A DNA stretch of 35,939 bases from the IMG/VR virus record IMGVR_UViG_3300012348_000071, positions 1 through 35,939 of that record. One strand, 5' to 3'. Below, piece after piece: positions 1 through 9,392 of this stretch (position 1 is the first letter of the stretch; each line of letters begins with the position of its first letter). The notes beneath the pieces are model-generated. The model saw only the letters and a program-made list of their open reading frames with translations, ran no database searches and was not told the origin of the DNA. Both the position numbers and the translations under genes were made by a program. Origin of the DNA: a virus. Taxonomy: Duplodnaviria > Caudoviricetes.

Positions 1-683
1 ACGATATTTGCTACAAAGGAACAAAATGAAATATCAAATCATAAACGGAAATAATATAGATGTCTTGAAGACATTTCCCGATAACCACTTTGACAGTATT
101 GTCACTGACCCACCATATGGCATAGACTTCTTAGGTAAGTCCTGGGACGCCAACACTGGAGCATTAGAAACATATCAAGAATGTTTGCGTGTGTTAAAAC
201 CTGGAGGACATATATTAGCCTTCTCCGCAGCCAGAACATATCATCATCTTGCTATTACATTAGAACAAGCAGGCTTTGAGATCCGTGATCAAATAATGTG
301 GATCTATTCAAGCGGCTTTCCTAAATCGCAGGATATTGGCCGTAGTATTCAGCGTAGTCTCGGCATTAAAGAAACTAAAACTAAAAAAGCATTAAATGGT
401 TATGCTAAAGAACAAACTGCCCACGGTGCACAACGAGTAGGAGATGTCACTAAAGATGATTATGAAAAAGAAATAACATCCACCATCTGCACTGATCCAG
501 AAGCACAAAAGTGGGAAGGTTGGGGCACAGCACTAAAGCCAGCACACGAACCCATAGCATTGGCCCGCAAACCTATTAAGTTAAGCATAGCAAAGAATTG
601 TCAAAAGTATGGAGTTGGTGCATTGAACATTGATGCTACTCGTATTCCTATGAGCGATGAAGATATAGAAAAAGATCGTATTT
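1..683. repeat. Terminal direct repeat / circular overlap, left copy (683 bp)
   Basis: Bases 1-683 (acgatatttgctac...aaagatcgtattt) read the same as 35257-35939, giving a unit genome of 35,256 bp. Confidence 0.97.
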
Positions 684-1345
684 GGAAAGAGCGTTATAGT
701 GCGGGAAACACAGGTGCTCCTACATTCGCCGAGGATGATATTGACGAACAACGAAAAGTGTTAGGTGGAAAAACATTAGATCCAGTAACTGGACGCTTCC
801 CGAGTAATGTTCTCGGTGAAATCCCAGACTATCAAAAGTATTTCTACTGCCCAAAAGTCAGCCGCAAGGAGAGACACGTGGGTTATGACCTAAACAAAGT
901 TCCTACTATAGAACATAACAATCCAGATACAATACACTTACATCCATTATGGACTCCGGCTATTGGTAAGAATGTCTATAGATTAAAAGAAGCCATTGAA
1001 AAACATAACAATGAAGTGCCTGAACCATTGTTTGGTAATGTTCAAGGCTGTTATGGACCAGATGGAGAAAGATTCGCTGTAGGTTTAGACAAAGCCGCTA
1101 AAGGCAACAATCACCCCACAGTCAAACCCATTGAACTTATGAAGTATTTGATTAAGTTAGTTACACCAAAAGGCGGTATTGTATTAGATCCATTCAACGG
1201 AAGTGGATCAACAGGTTGTGCCGCAGTAGAACTTGGCTGTGAATATGTGGGCATTGAACTTGATCCTGCCTATGTAGAAATAGCAACTAAGCGTATTGAG
1301 GCTTGGAATAAAGATGATTCAACATTTAAGGAGATATTTGAATAA
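26..1345 (+). CDS. Orphan DNA amino-methyltransferase (N6-A/N4-C, beta class)
   Basis: Catalytic motif IV TDPPY near the N-terminus, HPTVKP, and SAM-binding motif I LDPFNGSGST near the C-terminus. ATG at 26 follows AAAGGA, so it is preferred over the TTG at 8. No adjacent restriction endonuclease is recognisable. Confidence 0.93.
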   Translation: MKYQIINGNNIDVLKTFPDNHFDSIVTDPPYGIDFLGKSWDANTGALETYQECLRVLKPGGHILAFSAARTYHHLAITLEQAGFEIRDQIMWIYSSGFPKSQDIGRSIQRSLGIKETKTKKALNGYAKEQTAHGAQRVGDVTKDDYEKEITSTICTDPEAQKWEGWGTALKPAHEPIALARKPIKLSIAKNCQKYGVGALNIDATRIPMSDEDIEKDRIWKERYSAGNTGAPTFAEDDIDEQRKVLGGKTLDPVTGRFPSNVLGEIPDYQKYFYCPKVSRKERHVGYDLNKVPTIEHNNPDTIHLHPLWTPAIGKNVYRLKEAIEKHNNEVPEPLFGNVQGCYGPDGERFAVGLDKAAKGNNHPTVKPIELMKYLIKLVTPKGGIVLDPFNGSGSTGCAAVELGCEYVGIELDPAYVEIATKRIEAWNKDDSTFKEIFE

Positions 1346-1557
1346 TGCAACAATATGTTACCCCACACCCAGGACGCACTGGTCCAAACTTAGTTAACAC
1401 TGATCTTTATAAGATGCATTGCATCAAACATGAATACAGTCCTGATGAATTTGAAATCCTAATTGAACGATGGATACCAGAAACAGGTTGGTCCAGAACA
1501 CAGCTAATGTTAAGCAAAGCACAGTTAGACAAGTTCCAATCAATTTTAGCAAAGTAA
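1345..1557 (+). CDS. Hypothetical protein (70 aa)
   Basis: ATG overlaps the methyltransferase stop (TAATG); AAGGAG lies upstream. Confidence 0.7.
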   Translation: MQQYVTPHPGRTGPNLVNTDLYKMHCIKHEYSPDEFEILIERWIPETGWSRTQLMLSKAQLDKFQSILAK

Positions 1558-1560
1558 TCT

Positions 1561-1570
1561 ACGCTAAATA
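1561..1570 (+). promoter_or_regulatory. Putative late promoter ACGCTAAATA
   Basis: The exact 10-mer recurs at 5987, 11533, 15675 and 21070, always just upstream of a start codon. It resembles the T4 late promoter TATAAATA. Confidence 0.7.
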
Positions 1571-1590
1571 TTAGATTAAGGAAACAATCC

Positions 1591-3984
1591 ATGGCTATAA
1601 AGAAATCCTACAGTGAATTAACTGTGCCCTTACAGAAAATGACATTTACGCCAGATGTGCCATCAAGTGCGTTAGCGCCAAATGAATACAATATTGGTGA
1701 GAATGTTGAAACAGATGTTAGAGGGATAAGATCAGTATTAGGTGAAATAGAAATATTAACTACAGTGCCTGGCACTCCAACATTTGTCACAGGCGGTTAT
1801 CGTCAAAGTGACTATGTTGCTGGCACACCAGATCCAGAACATAAGTTTTGGTTTATCGTAGCTACAGACGCTGGCAATTGGTATGCTAACAATGGTGTCA
1901 CAGGTTGGTTAGACATTACGCCTATCTCAGCCACAGGCTTTAAGAAAGATGACTACACACAGGCAATCAACATTACAGATTCATGGAACGGCACTATTCC
2001 TATCTTTAATGACACATTCAACGCTCCATTCTTTTGGCCAGATGAACCAGGTGCTCCTAAACTAGTATTATACAAACAAAACATTCCTCCAAAGAGTATC
2101 AACACTATTACTGTAGGCACAGGCACTTGCACAATAACAGTGAGTTCAGCTTACACTACTGTGCCATTTGCCGCAGGCGATAAGATACTGATCACAGATG
2201 TCAATAACTTTTTCAATGGCACATTTACAGTTGTATCAGCAACAACTACAACGATAACTTATACTGCTATTCCAGGTGCTGCCTATCCTGGCGGACCATT
2301 AGGCACAGTCAGTGCCGCTTATACTTGGAACTATAATCCAAACTGGCAAAGTTTAACAGCAGGCTTTGTTCGTTTATATTCAACACCTAATGTAGGTAAT
2401 ATTTTAGTAGCAGGTAATTTAACAGCAGTGCCACAGCGTAATCTATTATGTGATGTAACTTCAGGATCAGCAACAATTGTTTGCACAAACGCTACCTCAG
2501 ATTTAGTGGGTGCTAATGTAATAGGCACTGGCATTCCTTCAGGTGCTACAGTAATTTCAGTATCAGCAGGTGTTAGTGTAACTATTAGCGCAAACGCTAC
2601 AGCCACAAACGCAGGTATCACAGTTAGTTTTGGTCTAACAACTGTAGAACGCTATCCTGTTACTGTAGCATGGTCGCAGGCATTTGGTTTGAACCAAGCA
2701 CCACAAACTTGGGAACCAACTAACCTTAATGTGGCTAACCAAGTTGAGATTCCAGTTAGAGGAGAAGTTCTAGATGGATGGCCAAGTAATGGTCAGTTCT
2801 ATCTTAACAGTTATTGGGACACAGTTGTTCTAAGTCCTTTAAACTATTCAACAACCAATGCGCCTATTTTGGGTATTAGATTGTTTAATCAAGGTCGTGG
2901 TATGTTAACTGCTAACTGCTGGGCCAACAGTGACAATGCTGTGTATGGTATTGATGCTCGTGACATTTGGGTCTTTGATGGCAACAGCTTTAGAGGTATT
3001 GGTAACCAGCGTGTCAAACATTTCTTCTTTGATCAAATCAATCCAGCATTTGTAGATCGTGTTTATGTAGAATGTAACACAGAAAAGAATCAAGTAGAGA
3101 TTTATTATCCAGATCAGGATGTAGGTGTTGATGGTGTGCCTAACAAGATGATATCATACAGATATGATTTAGACATATGGAATCCTCCACGCTTTGTAGC
3201 CAAAGCAACTTATGCCTGTGAAAGTCCAGTATGGACTGACACTTATACCTTTACTGAATTAAATCCTACTAACATCACAGGCACTGGCACTGGTTTAGAA
3301 GTAACAATAGTAAACACTGGATCAGTTTATTCTGTCAGTGAAATTTCAATTGGTGGTTCTGGTTATGCTATAGGAAATACTGTTAAAGTTTTAGGCACAC
3401 TATTAGGTGGAGCAACCACAGCCAACGACTGCACCTTGACAGTTACAGCAGTAAATGCCTTAGGTTCAGTAACAGCATTAACAGCCGCAGGCACAGGATT
3501 ATTAAATTGGACATACAACAATGCCAGTCGCGGTATGGTCTATGCTGTAGGTGATGCAAGTAAGAAACTAATACAAAAAGACATTGGCTTTAGATTTGTA
3601 GATGATCAAGTTATTAGTTCTACATTTAGACGAGACAACTTAAAGCTGGTCAAAGACTATTCAAGTAAAGTTTTAGTTCATCGTATTCTTCCTGAGATCG
3701 TTAACTTGAATGCCAACAACGTAGAAATAGATCCAACAGTAAATCCAGAGTTAGTGGGCAATGTAGAGTTTAAGATAGAAGGTGCTAACTCAGTGGGACA
3801 AAGTCCAATATTCCAAGTAACGCAGAGTTTAACCACAGACACTGATTATCCTTGGGTTCAAATTAATCAAAACGCACATAGAGTGGACAGCATTGAGTTT
3901 ACCAATGATCCAGAAACACCTGACACAATATGGATGTGTAATGCTATTTCATTCCAGTTCGCTGAGGTGGAGGACGATAGATAA
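1591..3984 (+). CDS. Tail hub / DNA-stabilisation protein (P22 gp10-like, tail tubular B-like) with inserted beta-rich domains
   Basis: 797 aa. The VAWSQ...PQTWEPTNLNVANQVEI and DIWVFDGNSFRGIGNQRVKHFFF segments resemble gp10-like propellers, and the gene precedes the ejection genes. Confidence 0.65.
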   Translation: MAIKKSYSELTVPLQKMTFTPDVPSSALAPNEYNIGENVETDVRGIRSVLGEIEILTTVPGTPTFVTGGYRQSDYVAGTPDPEHKFWFIVATDAGNWYANNGVTGWLDITPISATGFKKDDYTQAINITDSWNGTIPIFNDTFNAPFFWPDEPGAPKLVLYKQNIPPKSINTITVGTGTCTITVSSAYTTVPFAAGDKILITDVNNFFNGTFTVVSATTTTITYTAIPGAAYPGGPLGTVSAAYTWNYNPNWQSLTAGFVRLYSTPNVGNILVAGNLTAVPQRNLLCDVTSGSATIVCTNATSDLVGANVIGTGIPSGATVISVSAGVSVTISANATATNAGITVSFGLTTVERYPVTVAWSQAFGLNQAPQTWEPTNLNVANQVEIPVRGEVLDGWPSNGQFYLNSYWDTVVLSPLNYSTTNAPILGIRLFNQGRGMLTANCWANSDNAVYGIDARDIWVFDGNSFRGIGNQRVKHFFFDQINPAFVDRVYVECNTEKNQVEIYYPDQDVGVDGVPNKMISYRYDLDIWNPPRFVAKATYACESPVWTDTYTFTELNPTNITGTGTGLEVTIVNTGSVYSVSEISIGGSGYAIGNTVKVLGTLLGGATTANDCTLTVTAVNALGSVTALTAAGTGLLNWTYNNASRGMVYAVGDASKKLIQKDIGFRFVDDQVISSTFRRDNLKLVKDYSSKVLVHRILPEIVNLNANNVEIDPTVNPELVGNVEFKIEGANSVGQSPIFQVTQSLTTDTDYPWVQINQNAHRVDSIEFTNDPETPDTIWMCNAISFQFAEVEDDR

Positions 3985-4883
3985 TGGTTTATCCAGTAAC
4001 AGCCAATACCGCAGAACTTGTAGATGGTGTTAATCAAGCACTGGCAGGTCCCAGTGGTTTGGGACAAGGCTTTGCTTATTTTAACAGCAATGGTCTAACA
4101 CAGTATGATCTAACTGGAAACTTTAGACAACCCTATGCACTGCTAAACACTGGCAGTCCAGGTGTGCCTTTAGTTAATCTTTATGTAGCGCCAATATCAT
4201 TAAGCACAGCAGAAATGTTAGATGAAAGAACTTGGAAGTTTACATTTACTACACCATTAGTGGGCACTGAACCTTTTGTGCCTGGACAGCCTATAACAGT
4301 CAGTGGTGTTACAGATCCTTACTATGATGGCACTTATGCTCCTATAGGTGTTATAGAATGCACATTGACTTATGTTATAGCAAGAACAAATAGTTCATAT
4401 CCTGTTGTAGCATCAAGCACTGGTGGCACAGTAGAACTTACCAGCATGGACTATCTAACTTCAACAGACTGTTTAGCTCGTGCAACTGTGTTAGGTAATC
4501 AACAGTCAGTGATTATTAGTAGCCAACTTAACGCTGAGTTATTCATTGCTGCCACAGGTGTAGGCAGTTATTACTATAAAGTCAGCATTAACAGATATGT
4601 AGCCATACCTAACAATGATCCAACTAATCCAGACTTTGTCTTTGTTTTAGATAATGCCACAGGTAGGCCAAGTTCAACATTAGCATATAAAGAATATTTG
4701 ATATCAGCAACAACTATAAGCTCACAAGTAGAAACAATCTTTACCAGTATCATTGATGAGCCAGGTATTGGTTATTATCAATACATTTTAGAAGTAGAGT
4801 TCAGTGACAACAGTGGCGGCAACATAGTTACCAATGCCATACTAACACAGCGCAGTCTAAGCGCACAGGTATTCAAACCGTAA
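3984..4883 (+). CDS. Putative virion structural protein (299 aa)
   Basis: Translationally coupled to the tail hub gene; Thr/Val/Gly-rich; contains a PFVPGQPITVSGVTDPYYDGTY segment similar to the insert in the upstream gene. Confidence 0.6.
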   Translation: MVYPVTANTAELVDGVNQALAGPSGLGQGFAYFNSNGLTQYDLTGNFRQPYALLNTGSPGVPLVNLYVAPISLSTAEMLDERTWKFTFTTPLVGTEPFVPGQPITVSGVTDPYYDGTYAPIGVIECTLTYVIARTNSSYPVVASSTGGTVELTSMDYLTSTDCLARATVLGNQQSVIISSQLNAELFIAATGVGSYYYKVSINRYVAIPNNDPTNPDFVFVLDNATGRPSSTLAYKEYLISATTISSQVETIFTSIIDEPGIGYYQYILEVEFSDNSGGNIVTNAILTQRSLSAQVFKP

Positions 4884-4888
4884 AAAAA

Positions 4889-4895
4889 CTAAATA
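4889..4895 (+). promoter_or_regulatory. Putative late promoter CTAAATA
   Basis: CTAAATATTAGA, the same 12-mer as at 1564-1575; intergenic, before the ATG at 4917. Confidence 0.6.
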
Positions 4896-4916
4896 TTAGA
4901 AATAAGGAATAATAGC

Positions 4917-5993
4917 ATGGCGTTTTATGATGATCAATCGTTAGGATATATGGATATAGATGGTGGCTTTGGTGACTTTGACTATGACTATGGCAATGAC
5001 TTTTTAAGTCCCACTGATGGTGGTTATCCAGGAGGCATTCCAGGCTATGATGATTATGTCATTGGAGAACCTGCGCCAGTGTCAGGACCAGTAGCACCAG
5101 ATGTTTATGATCCCTATGCCGACGAAGGTCCAAGCCAAACAAATCCAGATGTAGTGGGCATTGACAACACAGTGCCTGACAGTGGTGAAATTGTTATCAC
5201 AGATGATCGTCCAGTTCAGCCAGATGACATTCCAGACATGGGCGAGATTATCATTGAAGGTTCAACTCCCAGAGAAACTCAACCCGATGTTGTTATAGAT
5301 AGATTAGACTTTCCAGATTTAGAACTACCAGACTTAACACCTTACTTGCCAGAAGAAGATGTTCCTGAAATGGAAATAGTAGATACTCGTCCTGTTAAAC
5401 CAGTTGAAGAAGACATTCCTGAAATGGAAATAGTTGATACTCGTCCTGTTGAAGAAGACATTCCTGAACTGGAAATTGTAGACACAAAACCAGTAGTGCC
5501 TGAAGAAGTTGTAGACACACTTCCTATTTTTGTTAATCCTTTAAACAATTTTGGTCCTATTGATAATATTGCGTTAGCAGATTCTTTTGACGCATCAAAT
5601 AAAATAACATTGCCCACTGTTGTTACACCAGTTACGCCTGTTGTGCCAAAACAGCCTAGTGATGGATTCTTAAATCCAGGTATGATTGACACTACACCTT
5701 TCTACAAAACTACTAATGACACACAAAGCAAATACTACTGGGGCGACCGTCCACTACAATATGGTGCTGAGTTTAATCCTAATACTTGGAATGATGTGCC
5801 TAATGCTCCTAAAACAGCTTGGGGTGTTCAAGAGTTTGGTCGTCCTATGTCATTACAACAAGCCATGGGCATACTACAAGGCACAGCAAGTTATCCTGAA
5901 CTATCGCCTGCAGAGCAAGCGTATCTAGTAATGTTAGATCCACAAGCACAAGAACAGTTTCTGACACGCAAAGGCCTAGTTAAGAAACGCTAA
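4917..5993 (+). CDS. Highly acidic, Pro-rich repeat protein (possible internal virion protein)
   Basis: 358 aa with a D/E/P-rich N-terminal two thirds; AAGGA RBS; lies in the ejection-protein region. Confidence 0.7.
   Translation: MAFYDDQSLGYMDIDGGFGDFDYDYGNDFLSPTDGGYPGGIPGYDDYVIGEPAPVSGPVAPDVYDPYADEGPSQTNPDVVGIDNTVPDSGEIVITDDRPVQPDDIPDMGEIIIEGSTPRETQPDVVIDRLDFPDLELPDLTPYLPEEDVPEMEIVDTRPVKPVEEDIPEMEIVDTRPVEEDIPELEIVDTKPVVPEEVVDTLPIFVNPLNNFGPIDNIALADSFDASNKITLPTVVTPVTPVVPKQPSDGFLNPGMIDTTPFYKTTNDTQSKYYWGDRPLQYGAEFNPNTWNDVPNAPKTAWGVQEFGRPMSLQQAMGILQGTASYPELSPAEQAYLVMLDPQAQEQFLTRKGLVKKR
5352..5495 (+). repeat. Coding tandem repeat, 3 x EED(V/I)PE(M/L)EIVDT(R/K)PV
   Basis: Units begin at 5352, 5406 and 5451 (periods of 54 and 45 nt), all in frame. 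Confidence 0.9.
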
Positions 5994-5996
5994 ATA
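5987..5996 (+). promoter_or_regulatory. Putative late promoter ACGCTAAATA
   Basis: Exact motif copy overlapping the upstream stop, 21 nt before the ATG at 6018. Confidence 0.65.
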
Positions 5997-6017
5997 TAAC
6001 ATTAAAGGACAAAGAAT

Positions 6018-6767
6018 ATGAGCGACATTTTCAGCGGAATATTTGGAGATACTAAAGAAACAAGTGTTAGTTATCTTCCACAACAAATAAAAGACATTGA
6101 AGCAACTAACAAGTTTAAAACTGATGTTATGATGCCAACATACAAAGACTATATTGGCGAAACTAGAAATGTCTACGAACGATCATTGCCAGGTATGACC
6201 AAAGCCGCACAAGGTGGCGCAGGTTATGCGGGACAAGTTGGTGAAACATTGGGTAGCACAGGTGAAGCCGCAGCCAGATCCGGTATTTCAGGATATCAAA
6301 GTTTCTTAGATCCCAACTATGGCAAAGAACAGTTTGCTGCCGCAATGGCTCCTATTCAAGGACAGTATCAAACTAACTTGGCTAACCAAGGTGCTATGTT
6401 TGGTGGAGCTGGACAGTTGGGTTCAAGTCGTCAAGCACTGGCAGGCGCACAAGCCGCAACAGGCGCACAGGCAGCACAAATGCAAGCAGCCGCTGATGTT
6501 ATGCGTGATATCAACAACCAACGCTTACAAGCAAGTCAAGGACTAACAGGTGCTGGTCGTGATTACTTAACAGCAGGCTTAGGTGCTAAACAATCACAGT
6601 TAGGATTCGCAGAGCGTCCTATGGATTGGATTGGACAAGCAGGTAAAAATCTTGGCTATGTTCCAAGTCAAATGTATACTCCACAGTATCCAGGACAGCA
6701 AAGCACAAGCACTACTGAAACTAAGAGTCCAGCTGGTATCTTAGGCGGTATCTTTGGAAAACTATAA
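6018..6767 (+). CDS. Putative DNA ejection / pilot protein (P22 gp7-like position)
   Basis: Gly/Ala/Gln-rich (AMFGGAGQLGSSRQALA), with GIFG motifs at both ends; composition and position are typical of podovirus internal proteins. Confidence 0.6.
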   Translation: MSDIFSGIFGDTKETSVSYLPQQIKDIEATNKFKTDVMMPTYKDYIGETRNVYERSLPGMTKAAQGGAGYAGQVGETLGSTGEAAARSGISGYQSFLDPNYGKEQFAAAMAPIQGQYQTNLANQGAMFGGAGQLGSSRQALAGAQAATGAQAAQMQAAADVMRDINNQRLQASQGLTGAGRDYLTAGLGAKQSQLGFAERPMDWIGQAGKNLGYVPSQMYTPQYPGQQSTSTTETKSPAGILGGIFGKL

Positions 6768-6776
6768 GGAACAAAC

Positions 6777-9383
6777 ATGGCAGCATACGATGAATTCGGT
6801 AATTACACAGGCTATGATGATAGTTATAGCAGTCCTGTTGACCCTTACGCTATTGACGAAGAAGAACGACGCCGAGAAGCATTAAAGCGTCAATTAGAAG
6901 AACAACAAAGACAAGAAGAACAACTTGCCAGCGAAGTTAGTCGCAAACAAGAAATAACAACATATGGTGATGGTAGTAAAACAGTTACTACTAAGCAAGA
7001 AGTTCCTGCTGGACAGCCAGTAAGACCAGTTGCTCCCACAGACTACAATCAGAGAATAGCAGGAATGGAAAGTGGCAGTCGTCCTGACATTGGTTACCAT
7101 GCGCCTGGTAAGTCAACGGCATATGGCACTTATGGTATGACTGCCGCTGGCTATGAAGATGCTCGTAGACTAAATCCTAACTTGCCTGCTAACATTACAC
7201 AAGCTACACCAGAACAGCAAACGGCTGCTCAAGATGCTTATACACAACAAAACGCAAAATACTTACAAAACTATGGTGTTGAAGTAAATCCAAATACATT
7301 AGCAGCCGCTCACTTTCTAGGTGCTAAAGGATTAAGTGACTACTTAAAAACAGGCACTATCAGTGAAGCCGCAGCCAGAGCCAATGGTGGCTTTGAAAAT
7401 GTAAAGCGTATTGTAGATCAACGCTTAGGTGGAGCAATGGCTCCAGCCAGTGGTGCTGCCAATTTAATGCCAGGTGAATCTGCTGGTATGCCAACACAGC
7501 CTATTGCTCCAGAAGCACAGCCAGCATTTACTGGTCAAGGTATTAGAGCACCTAGCCAACCAGCAATGGCACCTGCTGTTGAAACTAAACCATTCATTGA
7601 ACAATATCAAACTGCTCAAAATGATCCAGCAGAGTTAATGAAATTAAGCAGTGATGAAACAGCACCTGAATGGATGCGTGAACGCAGTCGTAACCGTGCA
7701 GCAGACATTATTACACAACAGCGTGAATTGGCTAATGCACAAGAAAAGTTAGCCACAGCAACTCCAACTGAATTAGCCAAGTATATGCGTGAAAAGACCA
7801 CAGGTGGTAGTTGGATTAAAGCAATCTTTTATGCCAGCATAGGTGCAAAAGCATTGGCACAAGAAGAAGGTGCCAAGTTAGGTATTGGCACAGAAAAAGT
7901 TGTCACAGACGCAAATGGTAAAGCCAACATTATTAAAGTGTCCAGCAATGGCACACCATTAGAAGGTTACAGTGCTGAAACTGGTAAGAAGTTAACAGCA
8001 GAAGAAATGATTTCAGCAATTGGTGGAGCCACAGCAGGTAAAGTAAGCACAAGTGCTGAACAGTTCCAAGACAAAGATGGTAATATCTATCGTAGCCAAA
8101 GTGATGAAAAAGGCAAACTCGTAATGAGAAATGCTGTCACAGGTGAAATATATAAAGGTGATCCAACTAAACTAAGTCGTGTTCGTGATGTAGCAGGTCA
8201 GGCTGCTGATGAACGCAAGCAAGGCTACAAGCGTGAAAATGATGCTACAGCATTTGCTAACAATATTAGAAAACTTGATTATGACAGCAAGTTAAAAGCA
8301 GTTGCAGACTTTAGACAAGCCGCTATCAATCGTGGTGAGCCAGACTTAACAGATGCTGAACTAAGTGCAATGGGTGTTACTCGTCCAGACTTAGGTCAAG
8401 TTAAAGCACCTACAGCGGCTCCAACAGCACCAGCACAACCTGCGATGGCACAAGCACAACCAGGTGCTCCAGTAGCACCAGTTGCTCCAACAATGACTCC
8501 AGGTGCGCCACAAGCAGTTAAACCAGTAGCGCCAACGGCTCCAGGCACAAGTGTTACAGGTCGTATTACACCAGAAGCAATGAAGCGAGCAGAAGCAGAA
8601 TCAAAACTACAGCGTGAAGCAGAAAGCGCAGTCAGTGTTGATGAAATGAAACGCTACAATGAATACATTGAAAAAGAAATACAGCCAAAAGCAGACGCAA
8701 GTAAAACAATTAGTCGTGTTCGTAGAGAACAAGTTAATGGTCCAGAAGGTATTCTAAACAATCCTGAAATTGCTGGCTTACTAAGTGGCAGTCAAGGTGG
8801 TGAAGTTGGTAATATCTTGCGTGACTTGATCACAGGACAGTTTAAGGATCAAGCAGACTTATCAACTCGTGTAGCCGCATTGAACTTAACACCTCGTCAA
8901 AAGGATGTATTGTATACACAGATTGGTTTAAACAATCAAATTGCTCCATTAACATTACGAGCAAATGCTGGTCCAGGTGCTGTGTCTGATGCTGAACAAA
9001 AAGCCAACAGAGAAGCTAATGTGGACATTAGTCGTCAACCATTGTATTCTGGCTTAACCTTAATGACTAGAGACCAGTTTGAAAAAGATAAGAGCATTGC
9101 TAAGAATGATTTCCGTAGTGCTAACCCAGAGATCCGTAAAACAGATGCGCTTAACAAAGCATGGGCCACACAGGAAAAGCGAGCCAATGAAGCATATGAT
9201 AGTATCTATGCCGCAAGAGCCGCTTACATTGCTAAACACAATCCAAACAATACTAATCCTGGTGCTGTGGTTGATGCGTTTAAATATTATCCAGTGCCAA
9301 CATGGAATGGTAGCAGTTGGGACTATGGAACTGAGTATGCTAAGAAAGCCGCTCGTAAGCCTTTAGGCAGTTTTAACAATTAA
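6777..9383 (+). CDS. Large ejection protein with lysozyme-like / lytic transglycosylase domain
   Basis: RIAGMESGS (catalytic Glu motif), STAYGTYGM and AAHFLGAKG match the SLT/goose-lysozyme-like motif pattern; the rest is helical with Pro/Ala linkers. Confidence 0.7.
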   Translation: MAAYDEFGNYTGYDDSYSSPVDPYAIDEEERRREALKRQLEEQQRQEEQLASEVSRKQEITTYGDGSKTVTTKQEVPAGQPVRPVAPTDYNQRIAGMESGSRPDIGYHAPGKSTAYGTYGMTAAGYEDARRLNPNLPANITQATPEQQTAAQDAYTQQNAKYLQNYGVEVNPNTLAAAHFLGAKGLSDYLKTGTISEAAARANGGFENVKRIVDQRLGGAMAPASGAANLMPGESAGMPTQPIAPEAQPAFTGQGIRAPSQPAMAPAVETKPFIEQYQTAQNDPAELMKLSSDETAPEWMRERSRNRAADIITQQRELANAQEKLATATPTELAKYMREKTTGGSWIKAIFYASIGAKALAQEEGAKLGIGTEKVVTDANGKANIIKVSSNGTPLEGYSAETGKKLTAEEMISAIGGATAGKVSTSAEQFQDKDGNIYRSQSDEKGKLVMRNAVTGEIYKGDPTKLSRVRDVAGQAADERKQGYKRENDATAFANNIRKLDYDSKLKAVADFRQAAINRGEPDLTDAELSAMGVTRPDLGQVKAPTAAPTAPAQPAMAQAQPGAPVAPVAPTMTPGAPQAVKPVAPTAPGTSVTGRITPEAMKRAEAESKLQREAESAVSVDEMKRYNEYIEKEIQPKADASKTISRVRREQVNGPEGILNNPEIAGLLSGSQGGEVGNILRDLITGQFKDQADLSTRVAALNLTPRQKDVLYTQIGLNNQIAPLTLRANAGPGAVSDAEQKANREANVDISRQPLYSGLTLMTRDQFEKDKSIAKNDFRSANPEIRKTDALNKAWATQEKRANEAYDSIYAARAAYIAKHNPNNTNPGAVVDAFKYYPVPTWNGSSWDYGTEYAKKAARKPLGSFNN

Positions 9384-9392
9384 GGAAACAAT

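Noticed and set aside
26-1557. Methyltransferase plus downstream ORF as a restriction-modification system
   Set aside because: The 70-aa neighbour is too short and has no nuclease motif; orphan methylases are common in phages.
5352-5495. Repeats as a CRISPR array
   Set aside because: They are in-frame coding repeats with synonymous variation and no unique spacers; no cas genes are present.
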